Of a stretch of 64,000 nucleotides of DNA, positions 63,565 to 64,000 are shown piece by piece. Every line of letters starts with the position of its first letter. Within the stretch, counting starts at the first letter, position 1. The translations under genes and the position numbers were made by a program. The notes beneath the pieces were generated by a model, which worked only from the letters and a program-made list of their open reading frames with translations, made no database searches and had not been told where the DNA came from. This stretch comes from Hormiphora californensis. Lineage: Eukaryota; Animalia; Ctenophora. The stretch spans positions 3,162,001 through 3,226,000 of the forward strand of contig CM035352.1 in NCBI GenBank assembly GCA_020137815.1, written 5' to 3'.

Positions 63565-64000
63565 TGTGTATAAATTATTTTTTGCTTTTATCACAGTATT
63601 GTTGTTTCCAGTTCCACAAAGAACACGTGTAATTCTAGGAGAGGCACCGAACTCCTGCTAGCTTTCTGAGGGGTTAGGTGCCGCCTCGGAAGACATGTGT
63701 ATTATACGTGGTCGTTGTAGAGAGATATATCGTGTGTACTAATACCACACGAGTACATTTAGGGGGAGAGAGATTCATGGGACAGAAACGCACATTCTAT
63801 TAAATCTCTTGAAATATTCTTTTTGTTTTGTCATAAAATTCACAAAAAAAGTATATAAAAACGCTGTATTATATAAGCTTTTGAGAAGCGAAAACAACTA
63901 AAAAAACTAAATTTTCAGAAAAGAAAAAACCTAGTAGACCGTTAGGAGTGTTACGTGTGTTTAGGGTGTGATAGAAGAGAGCTCTCTCGAGAGGGAGAGA

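Overview
Eukaryotic (animal, invertebrate) genomic DNA: intron-rich genes with GT-AG introns, many (AG)n microsatellites, MITEs and one 100-N gap. The compact style and the nested intronic gene suggest a ctenophore, but that is inference only. Gene models assembled by hand: an unidentified minus-strand gene fragment (1-2.8 kb); C2CD5 (+, 20 coding exons, 3222-27387); a secreted four-pentraxin-domain gene nested antisense in C2CD5 intron 18 (17226-23160); intronless ABHD18 (+); a probable FIRRM/C1orf112 homologue (+); an SH2B-family adaptor (-); and a 4-exon, 360-aa gene that resembles giant-virus-type Nudix decapping enzymes but has a degenerate Nudix box. The most unusual pattern is about a dozen unrelated minisatellites that sit on or next to splice junctions. 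Several of them multiply the donor or acceptor site itself, giving ladders of candidate splice sites or chains of GT..AG mini-introns. The window also holds nested DNA transposons (Tc1-, hAT-, MULE-, Kolobok-, Academ- and Helitron-like) and 40-80 bp micro-elements with target-site duplications (TSDs). Several genes have +1 homopolymer frameshifts that are most likely assembly errors. All homology calls come from remembered motifs; no database search was run.
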